Source of the DNA: Candidatus Omnitrophota bacterium | Lineage (GTDB): Bacteria > Omnitrophota > JAUWXU01 | DNA: 54,560 nt | Assembly: GCA_034717435.1 (NCBI GenBank) | Contig: JAYELI010000043.1 | Span: forward strand, 1 to 54,560 | Reading direction: 5' to 3' | Shown here: positions 18,463-25,742 of the stretch, piece by piece | Position numbering within the stretch: the first letter of the stretch is position 1 | Layout: the number at the start of each line of letters is the position of its first letter | The notes under the pieces: generated by a model | Databases searched by the model: none | Told to the model about the DNA's origin: nothing | Seen by the model: only the letters and a program-made list of their open reading frames with translations | Made by a program: the position numbers and the translations under genes

Positions 18463-18683
18463 GGATCTCTTTATGATAAGGTACCGACAATTTGCCTTGA
18501 TAGCAAATTATCAGTACCAATTCAATACATGCCATGTACCATTCGCTTCGCTCAAGTACATGGCACTCACCATTCACAAAATCTTTATGCCTGCCATGAA
18601 TCTGAACAAAATTTTCGTAAGAAAATTTTGTGATTTGAATTAAAAAAATCTTATTTTTGTAAGCTCTCGAGTTCGAGCTAATA

Positions 18684-18762
18684 TGGCGGGGGCAAAGGGA
18701 TTCGAACCCTCGATCTTCAGATCGACAATCTGACGCGTTAAGCCAGGCTACGCTATACCCCC
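18684..18762 (-). tRNA. tRNA-Asp (anticodon GTC), CCA encoded
   Basis: The reverse complement GGGGGTA-TA-GCGT...ACGC-G-TCAGA-TTGTCGA-TCTGA-AGATC-GAGGG-TTCGAAT-CCCTT-TGCCCCC-G-CCA folds as a cloverleaf, with a long 11-nt D-loop. Confidence 0.88.
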
Positions 18763-18807
18763 AAAAATTATAAAAGTACAAAAAACAAATTTAAGATTCA
18801 ATGTTCG

Positions 18808-18843
18808 CAAAAACGCAAAAAGGTTTTAATTTTTGCGTTTTTG
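18808..18843. repeat. Perfect 14-bp inverted repeat caaaaacgcaaaaa-ggttttaa-tttttgcgtttttg abutting the 3' end of tRNA-Val
   Basis: Read directly. The right arm overlaps the encoded CCA of tRNA-Val. Confidence 0.7.
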
Positions 18844-18918
18844 GTAGGCGATACAGGACTTGAACCTGTGACCTTTGCGATGTAAGCGCAACGCTCTAAC
18901 CAACTGAGCTAATCGCCC
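18842..18918 (-). tRNA. tRNA-Val (anticodon TAC), CCA encoded
   Basis: The reverse complement GGGCGAT-TA-GCTCAGTTGGTTAGAGC-G-TTGCG-CTTACAT-CGCAA-AGGTC-ACAGG-TTCAAGT-CCTGT-ATCGCCT-A-CCA folds as a cloverleaf. Confidence 0.92.
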
Positions 18919-18960
18919 TTATAAATTGCTGAATTACCTTAAAAACAAATGAACAAAAAT

Positions 18961-19000
18961 TACACACGAATCTTCACGAATTCGTGGTGATTTGTGTATA
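18961..19000 (-). terminator. Long imperfect palindrome in the tRNA-Glu/tRNA-Val spacer, terminator-like on the minus strand
   Basis: tacacacgaatcttcacgaa|ttcgtggtgatttgtgtata forms a roughly 20-bp stem with 2 mismatches and 2 G-T pairs. On the minus strand it is followed by ATTTTTGTTCATTTGTTTTT. It contains cacgaat x2 at 10-bp spacing plus inverted copies. Confidence 0.4.
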
Positions 19001-19003
19001 GAG

Positions 19004-19078
19004 CGTCCCCAATGGGATTCGAACCCATGTCGTCAGATCGAAAATCTGATGTCCTAGGCCAGACTAGACGATGGGGAC
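19004..19078 (-). tRNA. tRNA-Glu (anticodon TTC)
   Basis: The reverse complement GTCCCCA-TC-GTCTAGTCTGGCCTAGGAC-A-TCAGA-TTTTCGA-TCTGA-CGAC-ATGGG-TTCGAAT-CCCAT-TGGGGAC-G folds as a cloverleaf. CCA is not encoded. Confidence 0.9.
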
Positions 19079-19096
19079 AAAATCATTCTGCGATTT

Positions 19097-19172
19097 TGGT
19101 GAGCCGCGAAGGACTCGAACCTTCTACCCCATCCTTAAAAGGGATGTGCTCTACCAGATGAGCTAGCGGCCC
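19097..19172 (-). tRNA. tRNA-Lys (anticodon TTT), CCA encoded
   Basis: The reverse complement GGGCCGC-TA-GCTCATCTGGTAGAGC-A-CATCC-CTTTTAA-GGATG-GGGTA-GAAGG-TTCGAGT-CCTTC-GCGGCTC-A-CCA folds as a cloverleaf. Confidence 0.92.
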
Positions 19173-19219
19173 AATAAGAACTTACTTTAATGACAAGTTG
19201 CCAATACTTTGCCTCTTAC

Positions 19220-19780
19220 CTATACTTCCCTGGTTTCCTTTTCTTTCTCCAATAATATCCGGTCTACTTCGTTTACATATTGATCAGTAAACCGCTGCAA
19301 TTTATCCTGAACTTTAAACCTCTCATCTTCGGTAATACTGCCTTTTTTCTCACCTTCCCTTACTGATTCCAGGGCATCTCTTCTGATAATTCTAATAGCC
19401 ACTTTTCCGTCTTCGGCTATCTTTCGCAATACCTTAACTAACTCCTCTCTTCTCTCTTCTGTTAACGAAGGAATCGTAATCCGAATAACCTTGCCGTCAT
19501 TGACCGGGGTTATGCCTAAGTTTGCCTGTAAGATACTCTTTTCTATTGCGCCGATAACAGACTTATCCCAGGGTTGGATAACGATGAGCCTGGGTTGGGG
19601 AATGGCTATAGCGGCAAGTTGTTTTAATGATGTCGGCACGCCAAAATAATCGACCTTCAAATTATCAACCAGACCAACAGAAGCTCTGCTGGTCCTGACG
19701 CCCATAAACTCCCTTCTGGTAGACTCAATGATTTTCTTCATCTTGGATTCTGTTGTTCTTAATGTCTCATTAATTATCAT
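19220..19780 (-). CDS. frr: Ribosome recycling factor
   Basis: 186 aa with full-length similarity to Frr (RTSRASVGLVDNLKVDYFG...). Sits in the conserved rpsB-tsf-pyrH-frr order. Confidence 0.95.
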   Translation of the reverse strand: MIINETLRTTESKMKKIIESTRREFMGVRTSRASVGLVDNLKVDYFGVPTSLKQLAAIAIPQPRLIVIQPWDKSVIGAIEKSILQANLGITPVNDGKVIRITIPSLTEERREELVKVLRKIAEDGKVAIRIIRRDALESVREGEKKGSITEDERFKVQDKLQRFTDQYVNEVDRILLEKEKETREV

Positions 19781-19790
19781 AATTTTATCT

Positions 19791-20510
19791 TCAGTTAACT
19801 ACGGTTCCTATTTTTTGACCTAAGATGATATTTTTGATATTCCCTTTTTGCGTCAAATTAAAGACAATAATCGGAAGGTTGTTATCCATGCAAAGAGAAA
19901 TAGCGGTTGCATCCATTATTTTAAGCCCTCTCTTCAAAACCTCCATATAGGTCAGTTTGTCGAACTTTCTTGCCCTTTTATTCCGGTGAGGATCGCAAGT
20001 GTAAACACCGTCTACTTTGGTGGCTTTCAAAATAATTTCAGCATTCAATTCAATAGCCCGTAAGGCAGCTGTAGTATCGGTGGTAAAATACGGGTTACCG
20101 GTCCCTCCGGCCATAATAACCACTCTTTTCTTTTCCAAATGGCGGACAGCCCGTCTCCTGATATAGGGTTCAGCTAATTCCTTCATCTCTATAGCAGTTT
20201 GAATTCTGGTGGCAACACTTACTTTTTCCAATGCATCTTGAAGCGCCATGCCGTTTATAACCGTGGCCAACATACCCATATAGTCAGCCGTCGAACGGTC
20301 AATACCGCGGCTGGCTGCCGACACTCCTCTAAAGATATTACCGCCACCGATAACTATAACTATCTCTAAACCCAATCTATTGATTTCTTTTATCTGCTCT
20401 GCGATAGATTGAGTCATCTTCGGGCTAATGCCGTACGGCCGGCTGCCCTGTAGCGCCTCTCCGCTCAGTTTAAGAACTATTCTTTTGTAAAGGGACCTTT
20501 TTTTCTTCAT
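19791..20510 (-). CDS. pyrH: UMP kinase
   Basis: 239 aa. Motifs VLKLSGEAL and GGGNIFRG; conserved gene order. Confidence 0.95.
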   Translation of the reverse strand: MKKKRSLYKRIVLKLSGEALQGSRPYGISPKMTQSIAEQIKEINRLGLEIVIVIGGGNIFRGVSAASRGIDRSTADYMGMLATVINGMALQDALEKVSVATRIQTAIEMKELAEPYIRRRAVRHLEKKRVVIMAGGTGNPYFTTDTTAALRAIELNAEIILKATKVDGVYTCDPHRNKRARKFDKLTYMEVLKRGLKIMDATAISLCMDNNLPIIVFNLTQKGNIKNIILGQKIGTVVN

Positions 20511-20516
20511 CCCTGT

Positions 20517-21059
20517 TTATACCTCTTCTCCCAGTTGAAACCTTGTAAACCTTTTTATAGCTATATTCTCCCCTATCTTAGCTACTACAGAGGTAATATA
20601 ATCCTTAACAGTTGTTTTAGGGTCCTTGATAAAGGGCTGATCCAATAAACAGACCTTTTGATAATATTCTTCTTTTTTATCCGGTTTAATTTTGTCTTTT
20701 AACAGCACTTCGGGAGAAATATTTTCCCTTTTAACATATAAAGGAGCAGAGGCCACTATCTGCAAGGCTATATTTCTAGCAAATTCTTTAAACTGGGTAT
20801 TTCTAGCCACAAAGTCTGTCTCACAGTTAACTTCAACCAGCGCACCTATCTTATCGTTTAAATGAACGTAGGAGACTATCAAGCCCTGGGTGGTTGTCCT
20901 GGTTAACTTTTTAAAAGCCATGTCTATGCCTTTCTGCCGGAGCAAATCCATTGCTTTCTCCGAATCTCCTTCAGCCTCTTTCAGGGCATGCTTACAGTCC
21001 ATAATGCCCGCCCCTGTTTTAGCGCGCAGCTCTTTAACTACTTCCTTGCTTATTCCCAT
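20517..21059 (-). CDS. tsf: Elongation factor Ts (short form)
   Basis: N-terminal UBA-like motif VKELRAKTGAGIMDCKHAL. I place the start at the ATG at 21059 (MGISKEV..., 5 nt after the rpsB stop) rather than the track start at 21083. Confidence 0.9.
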   Translation of the reverse strand: MGISKEVVKELRAKTGAGIMDCKHALKEAEGDSEKAMDLLRQKGIDMAFKKLTRTTTQGLIVSYVHLNDKIGALVEVNCETDFVARNTQFKEFARNIALQIVASAPLYVKRENISPEVLLKDKIKPDKKEEYYQKVCLLDQPFIKDPKTTVKDYITSVVAKIGENIAIKRFTRFQLGEEV

Positions 21060-21063
21060 ATTA

Positions 21064-21795
21064 TTATTCCTTTCCTTCCTCATTTTTTTCCTTTCTCTCT
21101 AAGCCTCTAAGAAATAACTCACGGCCTTCTATAACACTATCAGCGATCTTTGAGGTTATAACTGCAATTGATTTAATCGCATCATCGTTGCCGGGTAAAG
21201 GATAGGTAATTTTATCCGGGTCGCAATTTGTATCCACGATAGCAACTATCGGAATCGACAGCTTGTTGGCCTCGCGAACGGCTATTTCTTCTTTTTTGGG
21301 GTCGACTATAAAAAGAGCGTTAGGCAGCTTATCCATTTGAATTACTCCGTCAAGGTTCTTATGGAGCTTCCCTATCTCTTTATTTATTGAAGATACCTCT
21401 TTCTTAGCCAAAAGCTCAAACGTACCGTCAGTCTTCATTTTTTCTAATTTTTCTAAATATTTTACGCTTTTTCTAACCGTCTGAAAATTGGTTAACACCC
21501 CGCCGACCCATCGTTGATTTACATAAGGCATTTCGCAACGAGCCGCTTGGGCAGCAATAACCTTTTGAGACTGTTTCTTAGTACCGACAAACAACACCGC
21601 CTTACCCTGAGAAACAACGTTGGACAGGAACTGACAGGCATCTTGAAGATTCTTCAGCGTCTGCTCTAAATCGACTATATAAATCCCGCTCCTTTCTCCA
21701 AAGATATAACGGGCCATTTTGGGGTTCCAGCGCCTGGTCTGATGGCCAAAATGAACACCGGCCTCAAGAAACTCTCTTAATAAATCCTCTTTCAA
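21064..21795 (-). CDS. rpsB: 30S ribosomal protein S2
   Basis: 243 aa. Motif [22 protein letters not shown] start preceded by GGAGGTGA. Confidence 0.95.
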   Translation of the reverse strand: MKEDLLREFLEAGVHFGHQTRRWNPKMARYIFGERSGIYIVDLEQTLKNLQDACQFLSNVVSQGKAVLFVGTKKQSQKVIAAQAARCEMPYVNQRWVGGVLTNFQTVRKSVKYLEKLEKMKTDGTFELLAKKEVSSINKEIGKLHKNLDGVIQMDKLPNALFIVDPKKEEIAVREANKLSIPIVAIVDTNCDPDKITYPLPGNDDAIKSIAVITSKIADSVIEGRELFLRGLERKEKNEEGKE

Positions 21796-21839
21796 ATTTC
21801 ACCTCCGGTTATAATGACAGTCAACAAAATCGGGTTCCA

Positions 21840-21869
21840 ATTATATCATATCTTTTAAAAGGATGTCAA
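21840..21869 (-). promoter_or_regulatory. sigma70-type promoter TTGACA-18 nt-TATAAT upstream of rpsB
   Basis: On the minus strand, -35 is at 21869-21864 and overlaps the TGA stop of the AEC transporter gene. The -10 TATAAT is at 21845-21840. Confidence 0.5.
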
Positions 21870-22786
21870 ACTAAGCTCAAAAAGACAGGCACGGTTATAA
21901 TGCTGAACAAAGTGGTAAAGAAAACCCCTGAAGCAGCAAGTTCGCTATCTCCACCCCCAAACCGGCGGATAAAAAGCGGCGTAGTTGAGGCAGAGGGCAT
22001 AGCTGCCTGCAAGACTATTATCGCCCGAATCAAATGGGGCATATTAAAAATACTGGTAACTCCTAAGGCCACGGCCGGCACAATAATCAACCTGCAGGTA
22101 ATTAAAGACAAAATGGTCTTATAAGGTATTTTCTGATTCAATTTTCCGCCGGCCAATATAGCTCCCACCACCAACAAGGCTAAGGGAATAGTTGCTTTCC
22201 CCAAAATATCGCTGGTCTCCAGAAAAAAAGAAGGTAGTTTAATAGAAAAACTTCCCGCCAATAATCCTATTAGAAGCGCTATTGTACCTGTGTTGATGAG
22301 ATTTTTTAAAGAATCTACCTTTTTTTTATTAGTAGAGCGGCTTAATGTCCATATCCCCAGCGTCCACAACAGAAGGCTATAGCCAACATTAAATATAACC
22401 ACTCTTACCACCCCTTGTTGACCGAATAAAGCAAAGGCCACAGGAATAGCTAAAAACCCACAGTTGGTAAAAGCGGACAGGTATATAAATGTATTTCGGC
22501 GGGGTTTATCCAGACAAAGAAAAGAAGAAACCAACCAGCCAAGCAGATAAGCCAGGAGAACAAGGCCAACAGCTGCCAGGGGAAGCATCCAGGTACTTAT
22601 TAACAGCTCTTTAGAGCACTGAGTAGCCAAAGTATAAAAATACAAAAATGGCAGGGTAACAACCACTACAACCTTAGAAATATCATTGGTTGCTTCCTCT
22701 GTCAATAATCTTCTATACTTGGCTAAAGCACCGATCAATAACAACAGAAAAATAACGCTGATCTTGGATAAAATTTGAATAAACAT
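21866..22786 (-). CDS. AEC (auxin efflux carrier) family membrane transporter
   Basis: 306 aa, about 10 predicted TM segments, two-halves architecture typical of the AEC/Mem_trans family. Confidence 0.8.
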   Translation of the reverse strand: MFIQILSKISVIFLLLLIGALAKYRRLLTEEATNDISKVVVVVTLPFLYFYTLATQCSKELLISTWMLPLAAVGLVLLAYLLGWLVSSFLCLDKPRRNTFIYLSAFTNCGFLAIPVAFALFGQQGVVRVVIFNVGYSLLLWTLGIWTLSRSTNKKKVDSLKNLINTGTIALLIGLLAGSFSIKLPSFFLETSDILGKATIPLALLVVGAILAGGKLNQKIPYKTILSLITCRLIIVPAVALGVTSIFNMPHLIRAIIVLQAAMPSASTTPLFIRRFGGGDSELAASGVFFTTLFSIITVPVFLSLV

Positions 22787-23350
22787 CTATCCTGCCAAAA
22801 AATTTTTCAGTATCTTTTTTCCTTCTTTGGTCAAAATCGACTCTGGATGAAACTGAACACCCCAGACAGGATATTTTTTGTGCCTTAAGCCCATAATTTC
22901 TTTCTCTTCTGTTTCAGCTATGATCTCAAGTGAAGACGGCAAAGTATCCCTGTCTACTATCAATGAATGGTACCGGGTGGCCTCAAAGGGATTCTTAACA
23001 CCCTTAACTATGCCTTTCCCGTTATGATATATAAATGATGTCATGCCGTGGAGCAGTCTCTTGGCCGTAACTATCTTTGCTCCAAAAACCTGGCCAATAC
23101 ACTGATGGCCAAGGCAAACACCAAGTATCGGAATATGGCTGCTAAAATGTTTTATTGCCTTTTTAGATATGCCCGCCTGTTCCGGCCTGCCCGGTCCGGG
23201 AGATATGACTATTCTCTCAGGCGCCAGTTTTTTAATCCCGGACAAATCTATTTTATCGTTTCTTTTAACGACTATATCCTCGCCCAATTCGCCCAGATAT
23301 TGCACAAGGTTGTAAACAAAAGAATCATAGTTGTCAATGACTAATATCAT
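22787..23350 (-). CDS. trpG: Anthranilate/aminodeoxychorismate synthase glutamine amidotransferase subunit (TrpG/PabA)
   Basis: 187 aa class I GATase with an intact triad context: GVCLGHQ nucleophile elbow and QFHPES. Confidence 0.9.
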   Translation of the reverse strand: MILVIDNYDSFVYNLVQYLGELGEDIVVKRNDKIDLSGIKKLAPERIVISPGPGRPEQAGISKKAIKHFSSHIPILGVCLGHQCIGQVFGAKIVTAKRLLHGMTSFIYHNGKGIVKGVKNPFEATRYHSLIVDRDTLPSSLEIIAETEEKEIMGLRHKKYPVWGVQFHPESILTKEGKKILKNFLAG

Positions 23351-23367
23351 TTCTTCCTCGTTCTTCC

Positions 23368-23462
23368 CGTCATTGCGAGGAGGCCTTGCCGAAGGCAGGC
23401 CGACGAAGCAATCTCAAAAAAAGAGATTGCTTCGGCTGGCTTCCGCCAGCCTCGCAATGACG
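23368..23462. repeat. Cloverleaf-like palindromic intergenic element, family A copy 1 (between trpE and trpG)
   Basis: The 13-bp closing stem cgtcattgcgagg/cctcgcaatgacg encloses three hairpins: ggccttgcc-gaa-ggcaggcc, cgaagcaatctc-aaaaaaa-gagattgcttcg and gctggc-ttcc-gccagc. Confidence 0.8.
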
Positions 23463-23473
23463 TGTGTACTTAC

Positions 23474-24991
23474 TCACAACCCTTCCTGCGCTAATTTAAT
23501 TGCTTCAACAAGCGCTTTGGACTTATTTATCGTTTCCTGGTATTCTTTTGCCGGATCTGAATAGGCCACTATTCCCGCTCCTGCCTGAATATAAGCCTTA
23601 TTGCCCTTAATAACCAAAGTTCTAATCGTAATACATGTATCTAAGTTCCCGGAAAAGCTAAAATACCCGACCACTCCCGCATACGGCCCGCGCCTTGTTT
23701 TTTCCAGTTCATCAATTATCTCCATGGCCCTTATTTTAGGCGCTCCGGTAACAGTACCGGCAGGAAATGTGACCTTTAAAAGAGAAAAAGAGTCCTCGTT
23801 CTTTTTCAATCTGCCCGTTATATCACTAACAATATGAATAACATGTGAATATTTTTCAATAGTCATCAGCTCTCCGACATTAACGCTTTTGTATCGGCAG
23901 ACACGGCCTACATCATTCCTGCCCAGATCCACCAGCATAATGTGTTCTGCTCTCTCTTTAGGATCGCCAAGCAGATCTTTCGTAAAACGGTTATCTTCTT
24001 TCTCGTTTTTCCCGCGCTGCCTTGTCCCGGCTATGGGCCTTATTTCAACTAAATCATCCTCGCATCTAACATGAAGCTCCGGAGAGGAACCAACCAAAGT
24101 AATGTCTTGAAATTTTAAATAAAACATATAAGGAGAGGGGTTCAAAGAACGCAGGTATCGATAAACATCGAAAGGACTAACTACTAAATCGATCTCAAAC
24201 CTTTGCGACAAAACCACCTGGATAATGTCGCCTGCTTTTATATATTTCTTGGCTTTTAAAACCGTTTGTTCAAATTCGCTTTGAGTAAAATTGGATTTTA
24301 TCTTTAATTCTCCGGAAACTTGTGGTCTGTTTTCTGTTTTCTGTTTTCTGCCTTCTGTTTTCTTCAGTCTATCGATAATCGAATCAATCTTTTTTATAGA
24401 TTCCTCATAAACCTCTGATATCTGTCTTCTGTTTCCTGACTTCTGTTTTTCTATATGCGCATTAGAAACCACCTTGATCTTGCGGTCTACATGGTCAAAA
24501 ATTAAAATAGTGTCGGTCAATATAAACATACAATCAGGCAGATTTAAATCATCCGGATTTTCATCAGGCAATTTTTCAAAAAACCTAACTGTATCATACC
24601 CCATATAACCGACCATGCCTCCGCAGAATCTCGGCAAACCCTCCACTTCCACAAACTTAAACTTACCCATTAATTCTTTAATCTTAGCTAATGGATTACT
24701 CTCAAAAGGAATTTTTTTAATTTTATATTTTGCTCTGGTGTCTGATTCTATTATTTCAATTTCTTTACCCTTGCTTTTAAAAACCAACGACGGTCTGCCG
24801 CCTAAAAATGAAAACCGGCCTACCTTTTCCCCTTTTTCCACTGATTCTAAAAGGTAGGAATATTCACCCTGGTCTATCTTTTGGAATGCCGAGACAGGTG
24901 TTTCTACATCGGCCAGGATTTCTTTATAGACAGGTATCAAATTACCCTGCTTTGACTTAGCAATGAATTCTTCCTTAGAGGGATAATGCAT
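23474..24991 (-). CDS. trpE: Anthranilate synthase component I
   Basis: 505 aa. Motifs LLESVE, GGMVGYMGYD, PIAGTRQRG, GAPKIRAMEII. Confidence 0.9.
   Translation of the reverse strand: MHYPSKEEFIAKSKQGNLIPVYKEILADVETPVSAFQKIDQGEYSYLLESVEKGEKVGRFSFLGGRPSLVFKSKGKEIEIIESDTRAKYKIKKIPFESNPLAKIKELMGKFKFVEVEGLPRFCGGMVGYMGYDTVRFFEKLPDENPDDLNLPDCMFILTDTILIFDHVDRKIKVVSNAHIEKQKSGNRRQISEVYEESIKKIDSIIDRLKKTEGRKQKTENRPQVSGELKIKSNFTQSEFEQTVLKAKKYIKAGDIIQVVLSQRFEIDLVVSPFDVYRYLRSLNPSPYMFYLKFQDITLVGSSPELHVRCEDDLVEIRPIAGTRQRGKNEKEDNRFTKDLLGDPKERAEHIMLVDLGRNDVGRVCRYKSVNVGELMTIEKYSHVIHIVSDITGRLKKNEDSFSLLKVTFPAGTVTGAPKIRAMEIIDELEKTRRGPYAGVVGYFSFSGNLDTCITIRTLVIKGNKAYIQAGAGIVAYSDPAKEYQETINKSKALVEAIKLAQEGL
24327..24368 (-). 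repeat. In-frame heptanucleotide tandem tract inside trpE (plus strand CTGTTTT x5 plus one degenerate unit; sense AAAACAG)
   Basis: Counted directly. Encodes TEGRKQKTENRPQ in the inter-domain linker. Confidence 0.85.
24425..24459 (-). repeat. Second in-frame heptanucleotide tract inside trpE (ctgatat ctgtctt ctgtttc ctgactt ctgtttt)
   Basis: Counted directly. Encodes EKQKSGNRRQIS. Confidence 0.8.
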
Positions 24992-25000
24992 AAATATCTT

Positions 25001-25741
25001 TCACAAATCTAAAGCAGCTTGCTTGTCTATAACAAAGGTGCAATCCGACTGATGCTGTAAGCAAGATGCCGGTATCTGGGAAGTTATCGGGCCGTTAACA
25101 GCTTTACTCACAGCTACGGCTTTATTACTGCCGGTAGCTATTAAAACAACCTTTTTAGTTTCTAAAATAGTAGCTATGCCCATAGTAAGAGCCTGACGGG
25201 GCACATCAGAAGCGCTTTTAAAAAAACGCGCATTATCTTCTATGGTCTTTGGGGTCAAGTTTACAACACGCGTCCTTGAATCCAGACCAGATCCGGGTTC
25301 ATTAAACGCAACATGTCCGTTTGAGCCAATACCCAGCAGTTGTAAATCTATATTGCCTGCTTTTGAAATAGCATCCTCAAATTGCCTGCATTCAGTCTCA
25401 GGATCTTTAGCAAGACCGTTCAAAACATAAGTATTGGATTTATCTATATTGACATGATCAAACAACATCTTATCCATAAAATAACGGTAACTCTGGTCAT
25501 GATCCGCTGAAAGCCCTAAATACTCATCCAGATTAAAAGTAACTACCCTGGAAAAATCAAGGCCCTCTTCTTTCTGCAGACGGATTAATTCCCGGTACAT
25601 ATCTACCGGAGTACCGCCTGTAGCCAACCCCAGAACTATTGAAGGATTGCTGCGAATGGCCTGCTGGAAAATCCGGGCAGATTCTTTGGCAGTCTCATGT
25701 TTATTTTCGCACACTATTACTTTGATATTTTTCTTCTCCAT
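25001..25741 (-). CDS. nagB: Glucosamine-6-phosphate deaminase
   Basis: 246 aa. Motifs GLATGGTP, NLDEY, GIGSNGHVAFNEPGS. Confidence 0.9.
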   Translation of the reverse strand: MEKKNIKVIVCENKHETAKESARIFQQAIRSNPSIVLGLATGGTPVDMYRELIRLQKEEGLDFSRVVTFNLDEYLGLSADHDQSYRYFMDKMLFDHVNIDKSNTYVLNGLAKDPETECRQFEDAISKAGNIDLQLLGIGSNGHVAFNEPGSGLDSRTRVVNLTPKTIEDNARFFKSASDVPRQALTMGIATILETKKVVLIATGSNKAVAVSKAVNGPITSQIPASCLQHQSDCTFVIDKQAALDL

Positions 25742-25742
25742 T

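Noticed and set aside
18431-18781. 116-aa minus-strand ORF from the six-frame track
   Set aside because: It runs straight through tRNA-Asp (18684-18762) and the palindromic repeat mosaic. It has no RBS and no recognisable domain, so I treat it as a non-coding artefact.
18684-19172. tRNA cluster as an integration hotspot or genomic island boundary
   Set aside because: There is no integrase, no tRNA 3'-end direct repeat and no foreign-looking genes on either side. The flanks are frr and a SYLF protein.
24992-25000. Trp leader peptide, attenuator or T-box upstream of trpE
   Set aside because: The spacer to the upstream nagB gene is only 9 nt, which leaves no room for a leader.
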